Source of the DNA: Candidatus Xenobia bacterium
GTDB lineage: Bacteria; Vulcanimicrobiota; Xenobia; Xenobiales; QWHO01
NCBI GenBank assembly: GCA_045863235.1
Contig: BTUM01000001.1
Span: 128,001 to 192,000 of the forward strand
Direction: 5' to 3'
Length of the DNA: 64,000 nt
Made by a program: the position numbers and the translations under genes. Within the stretch, counting starts at the first letter, position 1; the number at the start of each line of letters is the position of its first letter. The notes under the pieces were generated by a model. It saw only the letters and a list, made by a program, of their open reading frames with translations. It searched no databases and was not told where the DNA came from. Shown piece after piece: positions 47,349 through 57,268 of the stretch.

Positions 47349-48320
47349 CTACTCGGCGTCGGACTCGCTGGCCATGTTGCGGATCTGCACGACACACTCC
47401 TCGAGAATCACGGCAACCTCTTCGAGGTCCTTCCGCTTCTCGTCGGCGTCGGAGGACCAGCGAGCCTGCCAGATGGCGTCGGATGCGCCGCGCAGTCGCG
47501 CAGAGATGTCCATCGCGCGGGGACTTCCCTTCCTTTCCCGGCCTCGAGCACCGCTCTTTTCGCCGTCCACTTCCTCGTCGTCGGACGACGAATCGCTCCC
47601 CTCATCCGCCTCGTCGACATCCTCATCGGTGTCAATCGGGCTCTCGTCGTCTTTGGAGGAGAGCGACTTGCGAAAGCTTTTCATATCGCGCAGCAAGTTC
47701 GTCAGCCCCTTCTCGTCATCGAGGTCCACGTCTTCATCCTCCTCTTCATCGTCCGAGCAGGCTACGGAGCGCAGCTCGGTGAGGGCCCCGATGGCCCGGT
47801 CAAGTTTGGTGATACTCGCGGCCGACAGCACGCGCCCCGCTTTTACGCCGGTTATGGCCGCCAGTTCGTTGGCTGGGAAGTCCACCGGGCCGAATTCGTA
47901 GACCTTAAGCTTGATGAGCTCGCGCCGGCCCGTGTCGGGGCTCCTCTGGCTCTCTTCCACGTCGTAAGAGAAGCTCATGGCGTCCAGTGTCCCCGAAGAG
48001 CACATCGCCAGGACGTCATTCCCCAGCGAAGTCTCGTCGATTCGAGCCTCGATATACAGCCCACGCTCGTCCTCGCGCATGACCGTGGGAATGCCGATGA
48101 TGAACGTGTGGTTGTAGAAGAGCTTAATCTTGCTTCGAAGCTGTCCATCTACCTGGTTGGGGCCTCGCTGAGCAATGGTCTCAGCGAAGGCACCTTTACG
48201 GATGGTGTCTCCCACCTGGTCGGGGTCCCAGGTCGCAGCGTAGCCGGTGATGGTGCGCTGTGCTACGTCTGCCTTCACGCCGACAAAGGGAAAGGATTTC
48301 CGTGTGGTCTGCAACTTCAC
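47349..48320 (-). CDS. HK97-family prohead protease with acidic C-terminal extension
   Basis: ITGYAATW, DTIRKGAF, LFYNH, EDERGL, MSFSY and EFGPVDFPANE motifs. Confidence 0.9.
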   Translation of the reverse strand: MKLQTTRKSFPFVGVKADVAQRTITGYAATWDPDQVGDTIRKGAFAETIAQRGPNQVDGQLRSKIKLFYNHTFIIGIPTVMREDERGLYIEARIDETSLGNDVLAMCSSGTLDAMSFSYDVEESQRSPDTGRRELIKLKVYEFGPVDFPANELAAITGVKAGRVLSAASITKLDRAIGALTELRSVACSDDEEEDEDVDLDDEKGLTNLLRDMKSFRKSLSSKDDESPIDTDEDVDEADEGSDSSSDDEEVDGEKSGARGRERKGSPRAMDISARLRGASDAIWQARWSSDADEKRKDLEEVAVILEECVVQIRNMASESDAE

Positions 48321-49747
48321 TGGGTTCTCCTTTCCAGGCGCCCCAGGCGCTTTTCGAGTTGCTGGATCAGGATCATCAGGCGCTTGCTCCCATCCTGGAG
48401 ACTCGGGTCCACCAGAGCCGCGCCCTCATTGGCCAGCGGGATCATGTTGCTCGGGGCCCAGCTGACATCACCGCCCTCGATGGCCGGCAGACCTAGACCC
48501 AGGTAGCGATTCACGACGTTGATTGGATAGCCCATCATGTGCAGCTTGTAGCCAGCATCGATCTTGGAAATAAGCTGGGGTAGGAGGGCCGGAACGTTCG
48601 CGAAGTCAAAGCTCAACCGGTAATTCTCGCCCCAGCGGGGCCAGATCCAGGCTCGGTTGTAAGCATCAGACAGAATACCTGCCAGCGGGATGACCGAGTC
48701 TTCATAAAAGCTCTTATGATACTCGGCCAGGTTGGCGAGGGTGGCATTCTCGCTGATGCCTACGATCGGGGGCGGGACTCGGAAGACCGCGCAGATTTCC
48801 TCGCGGGTCAGTTTGCGACCCTCGACGTAGTCCATCTCCACCGGGGATCGGCTGGTCTCCGTCCAAGTGGTCCCTGAGCTCAGCAGTAACAGATTGTAGG
48901 CTGATTCCGGCCCGTGAATCTCGCTGGCCAGGAGTTCCTTCAGTTCAGCGTGTTGCTCTGGCTCGAGCGTCTGAGGAGTAGTAAGCACACCGCCAGCGAT
49001 GCCTCGGTTCTCGAGCATCGAGAAATTCCACTGAATGGCAGCCACGTCCGTATCAACGACAAGTGACGCAGCTCGCAACGGACTGAACCCCCAGTAAGGG
49101 TTCCCCGGGTCGTGGAACTGACAGTGGACCAGGTCTCGCGGCCGCACGAGGAAAGTGTTCCGGTCATTCGTGGCAGCGTATCCGGGGAAGACAGACATTC
49201 CCGTCCCCCACCGAGTGACCTTGTACAGGTCAATCAAGTCCAGGGTGCCCGGCACAGGGTAGCACTTGTCAGGCGTTATTGGCCAGAGCTCGAGAGTGTT
49301 GGCCCTCCCTGAATTCGTCGAATCAATGATGGTCGTCAGGAAGTTGCCCGTCAGGAACAAGTCCTGCAGGTTGCGTTGCACCAGGTCTGACCGGGAGAAG
49401 AACTTGTTGGGGCGCGAGAACCGACCTTCCGCCGGGTGGTCGGCCATGTCTTCCCACTGCTGGCCGTTCCATTGCTGGACTTTGTGCGGTACCACTCCGA
49501 GGGCCCAAACATAGGCCTGGATACAAGCGTAAACCCACGGATTGCTTTTTAGGCCCTCTGCTATAGCCTTCTCTGCGGTCCAATCGGTCTGGCCGCGATA
49601 GGGTCGCCCGTAAACGTAGATCGGCTGGACCTGGGCGAGACGGACAGACTTCTTATCGGCGGCCGAGACGACCGAGGCCGCGCCCTCGGAGGTGAGGGTT
49701 GAGCCCGCGATCCAGGCGCCCACGCGTTGGCGGAATCGGTTTAGCAA
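48317..49747 (-). CDS. Phage portal protein (HK97 family)
   Basis: NPWVYACI, LFLTGN, YWGFSPL and REEICAVFRVPPPIVG motifs. Confidence 0.9.
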   Translation of the reverse strand: MLNRFRQRVGAWIAGSTLTSEGAASVVSAADKKSVRLAQVQPIYVYGRPYRGQTDWTAEKAIAEGLKSNPWVYACIQAYVWALGVVPHKVQQWNGQQWEDMADHPAEGRFSRPNKFFSRSDLVQRNLQDLFLTGNFLTTIIDSTNSGRANTLELWPITPDKCYPVPGTLDLIDLYKVTRWGTGMSVFPGYAATNDRNTFLVRPRDLVHCQFHDPGNPYWGFSPLRAASLVVDTDVAAIQWNFSMLENRGIAGGVLTTPQTLEPEQHAELKELLASEIHGPESAYNLLLLSSGTTWTETSRSPVEMDYVEGRKLTREEICAVFRVPPPIVGISENATLANLAEYHKSFYEDSVIPLAGILSDAYNRAWIWPRWGENYRLSFDFANVPALLPQLISKIDAGYKLHMMGYPINVVNRYLGLGLPAIEGGDVSWAPSNMIPLANEGAALVDPSLQDGSKRLMILIQQLEKRLGRLERRTQ

Positions 49748-51320
49748 CGGGCTGGTCCTCCTTGAGCGCGTTGGGCTCGGTGTCCGCCGGGGACGGTGGC
49801 TTGATGGTGGTCACGAGGAGAGACACGTCCACCTGCTCACGCTCCTCAAAGTAAGCCTGGGCCTGACTCGAGGCGTCCACCTGGTCATCAGCCGCTCCCT
49901 TCGGGAAACTCGAATGCTCCGAGATCCACTCACGCACCCAGGGGTAACCATCGGAAGAGGGCAAGAAGATGTTGCCAGCTCGGGCTCGAGGCGTCCAGGC
50001 GTAAGCCCGCAAAACCTTGGAGCTGCCTTGCGGGTTGATCGGAGTTAACCCGGACAGCTCTGACTTCAGAACTCGTAAGACCTCTGGGCCATTGGCTTTC
50101 TGTTCCACCAATATCGGCCGGGCTTTGGGCCAGCGTTTAGATAGCAGCCTCACGGCCTCGATAGTACCAGTGAGGTCGAGCCGCTCTCGAATCTGATCGA
50201 GTAGGAATCGCCTGGGTCCAAGCCGGCCCCAGACCTGTCCGACTACCCAGGACGTTCCCTTCTTTAGACCTCCGCCCGAGCAGTCCCACGATTGAATCAG
50301 GTCGTTGAACCTGACCTCGCCGCTGTAAACCCAGCCCTCAGCCTCCTGGTCATAAGCGACGGGAAGGTCAGATAGGGCCCAGCGGCTCCACCAGGCAGGG
50401 TCGAACATGCCGCCCTTTCCTGCAACTGGCCATCCTTGCAGCAGCGCCCAAAAGAACTGCTCTCCCTGCTCGACCCGGACCTCGCTCAGGATGTCTGCGG
50501 GATGGAGTTCCGGACAAAGCGCCTCGCCTGGCTGACGTCCGATTGGGTCCGGAAATACCTCCTCGTAGCCGTCTGGAACCTCGTCCTCCGCGAGCGCAAT
50601 GGCCGGTAGGGAGACTTTCTCCCAGATCGCCCCGCCCTGTCTCTCGAGCGCACGCAGGTGGCCCGCCAGATCGTCAAGATGCCAGCGAGTCATGATCAGG
50701 ATGATTGCGCCGTTCTTCTGGACTCGCGTCCGAAGCGTCGTGCCGTAGAAGTCTTTCTGCTTTTCCCGGACCGTCTCTGAGAGGGCCTCTTCCTGGTTCT
50801 TTACCGGGTCGTCGATAACCAGCAAGTCAGCCGACTTACCGGTAATTGACCCACCCATCCCGGCAGTCCGCATACCGCCACGGTGGCCCTCAATTGACCA
50901 GTCATGTGCCGCCCGGTTCCGTCGGCTCACTCGAATCCCGAAAAGCCAGCCCCACTCCTCGAGGATGTCACGGACCTTCCGCCCGTAGCTGGCCGCGTAT
51001 TCAGCCTCGTAGCTGACCAGGATGATTCGGGTGTCGGGAAACATTCCCAACACCCAGGCCAGAAAGTAGACGCTGGCAAAGACGCTCTTACCATGCTGGG
51101 GGGGCATCGTGATCATCAGTCGCCTGATAATCCACCCCGCGGCCACGCGCTGGCCAGCCGCAACTAGGCGTTTCTTCGCTCCGGGCATCCCAGCTGCAAC
51201 CCGCATCAGAAATGTCAGCAGGTGGAGAAGATGCCGATATGGCCTCCACTCGCCCCGGCTCACATGCCAGGCAAAGTGCGCCGGCGAAATGCGAGCCCAC
51301 TCGTTGGCTGGAAATCTCAC
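49653..51320 (-). CDS. Terminase large subunit
   Basis: MPPQHGKS (Walker A), LLVIDDPVK (Walker B), IMTRWHLDDLAG, SWDC and DDQVDA motifs. Confidence 0.93.
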   Translation of the reverse strand: MRFPANEWARISPAHFAWHVSRGEWRPYRHLLHLLTFLMRVAAGMPGAKKRLVAAGQRVAAGWIIRRLMITMPPQHGKSVFASVYFLAWVLGMFPDTRIILVSYEAEYAASYGRKVRDILEEWGWLFGIRVSRRNRAAHDWSIEGHRGGMRTAGMGGSITGKSADLLVIDDPVKNQEEALSETVREKQKDFYGTTLRTRVQKNGAIILIMTRWHLDDLAGHLRALERQGGAIWEKVSLPAIALAEDEVPDGYEEVFPDPIGRQPGEALCPELHPADILSEVRVEQGEQFFWALLQGWPVAGKGGMFDPAWWSRWALSDLPVAYDQEAEGWVYSGEVRFNDLIQSWDCSGGGLKKGTSWVVGQVWGRLGPRRFLLDQIRERLDLTGTIEAVRLLSKRWPKARPILVEQKANGPEVLRVLKSELSGLTPINPQGSSKVLRAYAWTPRARAGNIFLPSSDGYPWVREWISEHSSFPKGAADDQVDASSQAQAYFEEREQVDVSLLVTTIKPPSPADTEPNALKEDQPVAKPIPPTRGRLDRGLNPHLRGRGLGRLGRR

Positions 51321-51781
51321 GAGTCTGGCCAGTCGTCGCTCTCCTGTTGGTCAGACTCGGTCGAGAGCCGCAACATCTCGGCCATCAGTTCCAGCACCGC
51401 CGCGTCCGAGAGAGCCCGCTCGGGGAGCCGGAGATCCCGGAACCCCTGGCCAGGTTCATCCGCCTGCACTGCGAACGCCTGAGCCATTGGCCAAAGCTCC
51501 TTCGCAAGCCGCATGATCGCAATGATCTCTTTTGGCTCCGCCTGCTCACTCGAGAGCACGCGCTGGCCAGCCGCGAGTGCCCCCTGCACGAATTGCCGGG
51601 CCTGGTCTATCTCCGTCCCCAGTTCCGCCCGAGCCTCCACCACCAAAACCACCGGGGATGAAGGCTGGAGAGGGACGGCCACCTTCTTGCCTCTAACTTT
51701 AGCCAGGCCAGCCTCGGCACGGCGCTTGCGCATCAACTCCCGCTGGTAGGCTCTCCGCTTCTCCGGGTCCTTGTGCGCCAT
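51317..51781 (-). CDS. Putative terminase small subunit
   Basis: 154 aa with basic N-terminus, overlapping the TerL start; assigned by position only. Confidence 0.5.
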   Translation of the reverse strand: MAHKDPEKRRAYQRELMRKRRAEAGLAKVRGKKVAVPLQPSSPVVLVVEARAELGTEIDQARQFVQGALAAGQRVLSSEQAEPKEIIAIMRLAKELWPMAQAFAVQADEPGQGFRDLRLPERALSDAAVLELMAEMLRLSTESDQQESDDWPDS

Positions 51782-52127
51782 AGGACTCCCGCTAAGGTCT
51801 AACCTCGGGCTCACTAGCCCGCAACGCGACCTCGATCTTCAAAGTTGACGCCGGCGACCTCGATTTTCGAAGTCGAGTTATCCCCTGTCACGGTTAGCCC
51901 GCCGGGTCGCCGGCGTGGGACGCCGCTGAAACGGCGGCGCATCGTGGTTTTTGGGGGTATGGCCCAATGCTTGCTCAGCCGGCTCAGCCGGCGAGGCCCC
52001 TCCAGGGCTCTGGACGGCCGTCCCAGAGCCGTTCCGAGAAACACGAAAGCCCCAGGTCCATTTGGACAGTCTGGGGCTTGCGTGTAGTATACATTTTGGC
52101 ACCCGACTTGAGAATAGTTCAAACGAA

Positions 52128-54821
52128 CTATCTCGCCTTTGGCATACACTTGGAGCACAGATTTACCCCGCCAGATGGACTAGACAGGGGGGAGCCACAT
52201 GTCTTACAGGCCCCCCAGTCGGGGGAGCTGGCCCGTGATGACGCATTTGCTCCATCGGAATGTGTCACCCGCCCTAGGCGTTGCGGTTGTTGGGTTTCTT
52301 GCGCTTCTGAAGGCAATTTGGTGACGCTTTTTTTCGCCGCGGGAAGAGTATCTCTACATGTGAGATCATCATGATGATCCGATCGATCACGTCCTTGGTC
52401 TTCATATGCTAAAGAAGAGAAAAATACGTCACCATGCGTCACTTCGGCGCGGTTGTCAAATTCTTTTGCGTCACCGGATGCGTCACTATACGTCACCTGC
52501 GTCACCCGTCCAGGACTGTCCTTGAGGCCGATCCCCTTCCAGAATCGGATGAGCTTGGACCGGTCGCGCTCGACCCCGGGCTGCTTGCTCAGCCGCCTCG
52601 AGAACATGTTGCGGGTGTAGGCCTCGGTGCCAGCCCAGGCAGTGAAGCTATCGTAGAGCGACGTCGCACTGGCCTGGTAGGCAGGTCCCAGCAAGCAACA
52701 ATCCTGCATCCACTCGGACATCAGGTCTTGCTCGCCCTCGTAGGCCTTCGTGGCATCGAGGACAGACTGAGGAGGCTGGAGTCTCTTGTTCTGCCACTCC
52801 AGGCAGCCCCGGACCGCCCAGGCCACGATGCCGGCCCCCTCGAGCAGCAGTTTGTAGGGCAGGCCCGGGTCGCGTTTCTCCTCGGGGATGATCACGTTGA
52901 ACGGGATGTAGACCATCCGGCGCCACATACCGTGGCCACCTGACCGAATGTCGGGCTTGTCGTTGGCAGCGATCCAGAGCTTGCCCTCTACGCGAAGGTT
53001 GACCCGCTCCTTGTAGAGGCCTCGGGTGCTGATCCGGTCTCCGCCGGAGAACTCCTTGACCAGGGCTTCATCGAGCCGTCGACCCTCGTTGATCTCGGTC
53101 ACGGCGACCAGGCGGGCGCCCTGCAGGTCCAGGAGGTCCTCGCGGATGCTGTTCTTCTTGCCCTGCAGGAAAGTCTCGGTGTCGGCCTTGCGGGCGTACT
53201 CTCCCAGAAGGTCCAGCCAGACCTCGATGAGCGTGCTCTTACCGTTGGAGCCGTGGCCGTGCAGGAGGAAGATTTTCTGCTCCTGGGTCGAGCCCGTCAG
53301 CGAGTAGCCGAGGGCGCGCTGGATGAACGCGACCATCTCGTTGTCGTCGCCCATGATAGTTCTCAAGAACTCCAGCCAAAGCTCGCACGGGGCGTCTGGC
53401 CGGTAGTCCATGTCCAGACACCGGGTGATCAGGTCGTCCGGGTCGTGCTCCCGGAGCTGGCCGGTCCGGAGGTCCAGGGTGCCGTTCCGAAAGTTGAGTA
53501 GCCACGGGTCGCGGTCGAGCTGGACGGGCTGGATAGCCACGCCGGCGATGGTGGCGGCCTGGGCGAGCGTGCCGTTGCGCACGGAGGAGGCCTGGCTTTT
53601 GTAGGCCCACTTGCGCTGCTCTTTGTCCTCGGCCAAGTCCAAGCGATGCTCCGCGATCTTGTTGGCCAGGTCCCCCGCCTTGCACGTGTCGTACGTCCAG
53701 ACGCCCTCGTCGTAGACCAGCCACTCCTTTGTGCTCTGGAGGTACCGAAGGCGGGTGCCGTGGTGGTCGATCAGCATGCGAGCGTTGCCCAGCTCGGTCA
53801 GGGCGTAGTCACCCCGGTCGCGCCAGCCAGGCTCGACGACGTCACGGAGGGCATACCAGTCTTTGTTGTGACAGCCGTTGTGCTGGCATCCGGCGCAGAT
53901 CGGGCCACCCTCGCTGAGCTGCCCCAGATACGCGGCTGAATCGGTGTGCTCCGGGTTCCAGGGGCAGACGGGCATAACCCAACAGCGCCCGCTCGTCTTC
54001 CATAGCTGTGGTCCCTCAAGCCCGAGTTTTTGCCCGTGCTTTGCCACCCAGCGGTCCAGCCAAGCCGAGGAGTCCTTCCCGCCTTGTCCGGGGTCAGGTG
54101 GCGTTTCTGGGGCCGGCAGGGTGGCAGCCAGGGCCTCCAAGAGCTCGGTGGGCACTGGGACACGCTTGGGTGGCACTGACTTATAGTGGCAGCGTCTTTG
54201 CGGCCGGTCGGGCAGGTTGTCGCCCTTCCGGTTGAGGGTGCCGGGCAGCCTGGCGATCCTGGAGGCGTTCGCAACCCGCAGGTCGATCTTGATCTGGTCG
54301 TTGCTGTATCTGTGATCCAGGGCCTGCAGACACCGGTGGACGAGCTCACTGTCTTGCGTGGGCAGGTCGATGGCATACCAGAGGGCAGCGCCGTTGCCAG
54401 TGTCCACCATGGCGGGTTCGGGCCAGCTCAGGGCGCCCAGCTCGTGCCGGATGGTATCGGCGAGTTCTAGCGCGAGGAGGTGCTGCTCGTCTGTGCTGTT
54501 GATACCGGTCGGTCGGACCGGGTCGCAGTCGACGAGCATGGTGCAGCGCTTGACGATCTGGTCGTCCCTGGTCGCCTCTCCTCGCTTTGCTTGCTGCACG
54601 CGCCTGGCTGCCCGTCCGAGCAGCTCAGGGATGACCGGGTTCAGGCTGACGTAGACTCCCTGGATGGTCGGGTCGGCTGAGAGCTGAGAGGCGGTAACGG
54701 CCAGGCCTTCGGGCGAGTCAAAGTAGCCGCTCTTGTTGAACTTGCCTATGGCGCGCAGTTCTCTAACTTCGTCGGGCTGCCAGAGCCATTGATGGAAGCG
54801 GAGGTCGGGATTGGCGCTCAT
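52128..54821 (-). CDS. P4/D5-type primase-helicase (N-terminal primase, D5_N, SF3 helicase)
   Basis: LVDCD and DTGNG primase-like motifs, LTELGNA, LLNFRNGTLDL, GHGSNGKST (Walker A), WRRMVYIPF. Confidence 0.9.
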   Translation of the reverse strand: MSANPDLRFHQWLWQPDEVRELRAIGKFNKSGYFDSPEGLAVTASQLSADPTIQGVYVSLNPVIPELLGRAARRVQQAKRGEATRDDQIVKRCTMLVDCDPVRPTGINSTDEQHLLALELADTIRHELGALSWPEPAMVDTGNGAALWYAIDLPTQDSELVHRCLQALDHRYSNDQIKIDLRVANASRIARLPGTLNRKGDNLPDRPQRRCHYKSVPPKRVPVPTELLEALAATLPAPETPPDPGQGGKDSSAWLDRWVAKHGQKLGLEGPQLWKTSGRCWVMPVCPWNPEHTDSAAYLGQLSEGGPICAGCQHNGCHNKDWYALRDVVEPGWRDRGDYALTELGNARMLIDHHGTRLRYLQSTKEWLVYDEGVWTYDTCKAGDLANKIAEHRLDLAEDKEQRKWAYKSQASSVRNGTLAQAATIAGVAIQPVQLDRDPWLLNFRNGTLDLRTGQLREHDPDDLITRCLDMDYRPDAPCELWLEFLRTIMGDDNEMVAFIQRALGYSLTGSTQEQKIFLLHGHGSNGKSTLIEVWLDLLGEYARKADTETFLQGKKNSIREDLLDLQGARLVAVTEINEGRRLDEALVKEFSGGDRISTRGLYKERVNLRVEGKLWIAANDKPDIRSGGHGMWRRMVYIPFNVIIPEEKRDPGLPYKLLLEGAGIVAWAVRGCLEWQNKRLQPPQSVLDATKAYEGEQDLMSEWMQDCCLLGPAYQASATSLYDSFTAWAGTEAYTRNMFSRRLSKQPGVERDRSKLIRFWKGIGLKDSPGRVTQVTYSDASGDAKEFDNRAEVTHGDVFFSSLAYEDQGRDRSDHHDDLTCRDTLPAAKKSVTKLPSEAQETQQPQRLGRVTHSDGANASSRASSPDWGACKTCGSPLSSPSGGVNLCSKCMPKAR

Positions 54822-55423
54822 GAGGGCGTCTCGCCATGCTCGAAACGAGCTTTGCGAGCTTTGCTGTAGGCGTCGCGAACAGCACTCGACATGGGAACCT
54901 CACAGTATTCCTGGTCTCCAATAAGCTCATAGACTGCCAAATCGCGCGCGCCGCCGCACGGGTATCCATCGCTTTGGAGTACCATCCCACCCTGAACGAA
55001 ATAGATTTTGGAGTGGAGAACTCCCTTATGGTGCTGGACCAGAGGATGAATAGGTAACTGTTCTTGACCCCCTCGCTCCGGTTTCGTAGATGGGATTGGG
55101 CCGAGCACAAGTAAACCCCGCAACGAGCGATACCCATCTGCCACGTCCGGGAGATGCCCTCCATACTCGACCAGGTCGAAGAGCAACTGATAATCAAGTC
55201 GTTGCTCTTCTCCTTTTACTTCCACCCAAGTCTTGGTGGTCGGGATATAGAAGTCCGGCAAGTATTTGCGCGGTTTTTCGTCTTCGTAGGCATCGATGAC
55301 GAAGCCTTCGGGCTCATACTGGTAGCGAATGCCCAGCGTATCAAAGAAGACAGCCCACCGTGCTTCTAGGCGAGAGCGGAAGCGGTATCCATTGTATTCT
55401 GTTTCGACTGGTTGGATGCTCAT
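54818..55423 (-). CDS. Conserved phage protein, PD-(D/E)xK nuclease-like
   Basis: TEYNGYRFRSRLEARWAVFFD...YEPEGF...YLPDF...WVEVKG. Confidence 0.75.
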   Translation of the reverse strand: MSIQPVETEYNGYRFRSRLEARWAVFFDTLGIRYQYEPEGFVIDAYEDEKPRKYLPDFYIPTTKTWVEVKGEEQRLDYQLLFDLVEYGGHLPDVADGYRSLRGLLVLGPIPSTKPERGGQEQLPIHPLVQHHKGVLHSKIYFVQGGMVLQSDGYPCGGARDLAVYELIGDQEYCEVPMSSAVRDAYSKARKARFEHGETPS

Positions 55424-55875
55424 GGGGTAGTCTCCTCGGTCCGCGCTCGCAGAAGGGCTTCAGCGAGCCAGGGTGGCAGCGCGCGCTTGCCCTGGCCCAG
55501 GTTGCATTCCTTACACTGCGCGATCAAGTTGTCGGGATGGTCTCTTTGCTCGTCAGGGATGCCATTGCGCTCGCACCAGTCGACCGGCAAGATATGCCCG
55601 ACATCGAGGCCTTCCTCGTCGGTCGGACGCTTGCCGCATGTCTCGCATCGGCCATGAGCGCGCTCGATGACAGGCCATCTCTGCGAAGGCTTCAGCGCAT
55701 CTCGCTTGGAAACCTTACGTGGACCGCAGCCGGTCTCGTGCTTCGGCGCGTTGTACTGGTGCTTGTGGCAAACCACGCAATAAACGCAGTCCTGGCCTGA
55801 CTTCGTGACGATGTAACCCTGGTCTTGACTGCAGCAGGGAGACCGCATGGTGAAGGTGTCGGGAGTCGCGCTCAT
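55420..55875 (-). CDS. HNH endonuclease
   Basis: RCETCG...DVGHILP...NLIAQCKECNLGQG. Confidence 0.8.
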   Translation of the reverse strand: MSATPDTFTMRSPCCSQDQGYIVTKSGQDCVYCVVCHKHQYNAPKHETGCGPRKVSKRDALKPSQRWPVIERAHGRCETCGKRPTDEEGLDVGHILPVDWCERNGIPDEQRDHPDNLIAQCKECNLGQGKRALPPWLAEALLRARTEETTP

Positions 55876-56483
55876 TCCGTGTCCTCCACCCCGATCGTAG
55901 CACCAAACGGCGCCGGGTCACCCCCGCAGGCGATGCACCGCTTCGTCAGGCACAGCTCCTGGCATCCCGCGCACCAGCCAGCCTGCCGCAGGCCGGCCCA
56001 GCCGTGCTCGAGCGCCCAGCGGATAACGACGCTCCGGGACACCCGACAGGCTTGGGCGATGGCCTCGGCGATGGCGGTCTCGTCGTCGTCCAGACGTACG
56101 GAGACGACGCTGGTCGGGCGGGCGATGCGCTCGCGCCCGCCGTAGGATGCCTCTTGCATGGGGTCACGCTCCGGCTTGGGCAGCGGTTTGGCGCGGCGTT
56201 TGGCGCTGGATGAGCCTCCACCAGGTTGGCCGCGGTGCTCGTCCTCTTTGCGGCACTGGTCGATCTCGGCCTGGCTGGTCTGAGGCACGAGGGCGCGGTC
56301 AGAGCACTGGTGGTTGCAGCGCGGGCAGCGCCACCAGCCCTCAGCCGTGTAGACCCCGAGCGCGCGGGCGTCTGTGAGCTGCTCGAGGATAGCCTCCCCG
56401 CAGTGGGGGCAGAGGTGCTCGGGCTTGATCTGTGGCTGGCTCTGGAGGCCGAGGTGGGGCCAGCGGTCGTGGAGGGCGCTCAA
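55872..56483 (-). CDS. Zinc-ribbon / RHH-like hypothetical protein
   Basis: Several CxxC motifs and VVSVRLDDDE...VSRSVVIRWAL (RHH-like); ATGA-coupled. Confidence 0.6.
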   Translation of the reverse strand: MSALHDRWPHLGLQSQPQIKPEHLCPHCGEAILEQLTDARALGVYTAEGWWRCPRCNHQCSDRALVPQTSQAEIDQCRKEDEHRGQPGGGSSSAKRRAKPLPKPERDPMQEASYGGRERIARPTSVVSVRLDDDETAIAEAIAQACRVSRSVVIRWALEHGWAGLRQAGWCAGCQELCLTKRCIACGGDPAPFGATIGVEDTE

Positions 56484-57268
56484 TGGTTCTCACTTCCGGC
56501 GAGAGCGTCCCGGAGGTTGGCAGCGGCGCGGAGGGTGCGCGAGTCGTGGGTGCGGGCCAACTCGGCTGCCACGGCGTACACATCGGGTGGCTGGGGAGTC
56601 CGGAGTTTTAGCAGTGCCTCGCGCGCCGCTTCTTGCACTTCGGGCCCATAGGTCAGGAGGGTGCCGCCGACTGGTCCGCCACACTGGGGACAGGCATCGG
56701 ACTCCATCGTCTGCGGCATTGACTCAGAATTGACCGGAGTAGTCAATTCTTTTGACTCATGGGCTTTCTCACGCTCGGCTCGTGTCTGCTTGGCTTGGTG
56801 GCGCCCAGCACAGCCACGCGCCGCGTACTTGCGACCTGGTGGCACCAGCCCCCCGCACTCGCAAGGGCAGAGTGGGTCGACGGGTCGAGCAGCCTCAAGC
56901 TTGGCCAGCTCTTGGCACAGGTGGCAATTATCGCTGTCCTGCGCGGCGGGCCAGGTGCATCCCGGCGTGGCGCACTGGATCAAGGTAACGTCCATGGTGG
57001 CTGACATGAGTTCCTCCTTCGGATCTGAATTTGGCAGGGGCAGAATGGGCTTGGTCTCGACGATCCAGCGTCGGCGGCATTTGGGGTTTTGGCACCGGGC
57101 GTGCTGCTCGACCCTGGTGCCCAGCGCACTGGTGATGGTGCAGGGCGGGTCGAGCGGGGCGTCCTTCCCGCACTCGCACGGTACCTTGGATCGGTCGTCC
57201 CAGCGGGTCGGGTCCGACTTGAAGAAGCGGAATCCATGGAGCTCGTGCGAGACGGGAAGCGCGCTCAT
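56480..57268 (-). CDS. Cys-rich hypothetical phage protein
   Basis: CECG, CPCECGG and CPQCG motifs; ATGA-coupled at 57268. Confidence 0.6.
   Translation of the reverse strand: MSALPVSHELHGFRFFKSDPTRWDDRSKVPCECGKDAPLDPPCTITSALGTRVEQHARCQNPKCRRRWIVETKPILPLPNSDPKEELMSATMDVTLIQCATPGCTWPAAQDSDNCHLCQELAKLEAARPVDPLCPCECGGLVPPGRKYAARGCAGRHQAKQTRAEREKAHESKELTTPVNSESMPQTMESDACPQCGGPVGGTLLTYGPEVQEAAREALLKLRTPQPPDVYAVAAELARTHDSRTLRAAANLRDALAGSENH

Noticed and set aside
54818..55875. Nuclease genes as a restriction-modification or defence system with the methyltransferases
   Set aside because: Both are common phage early-region families, lie kilobases from the MTases and are co-oriented in the replication operon.
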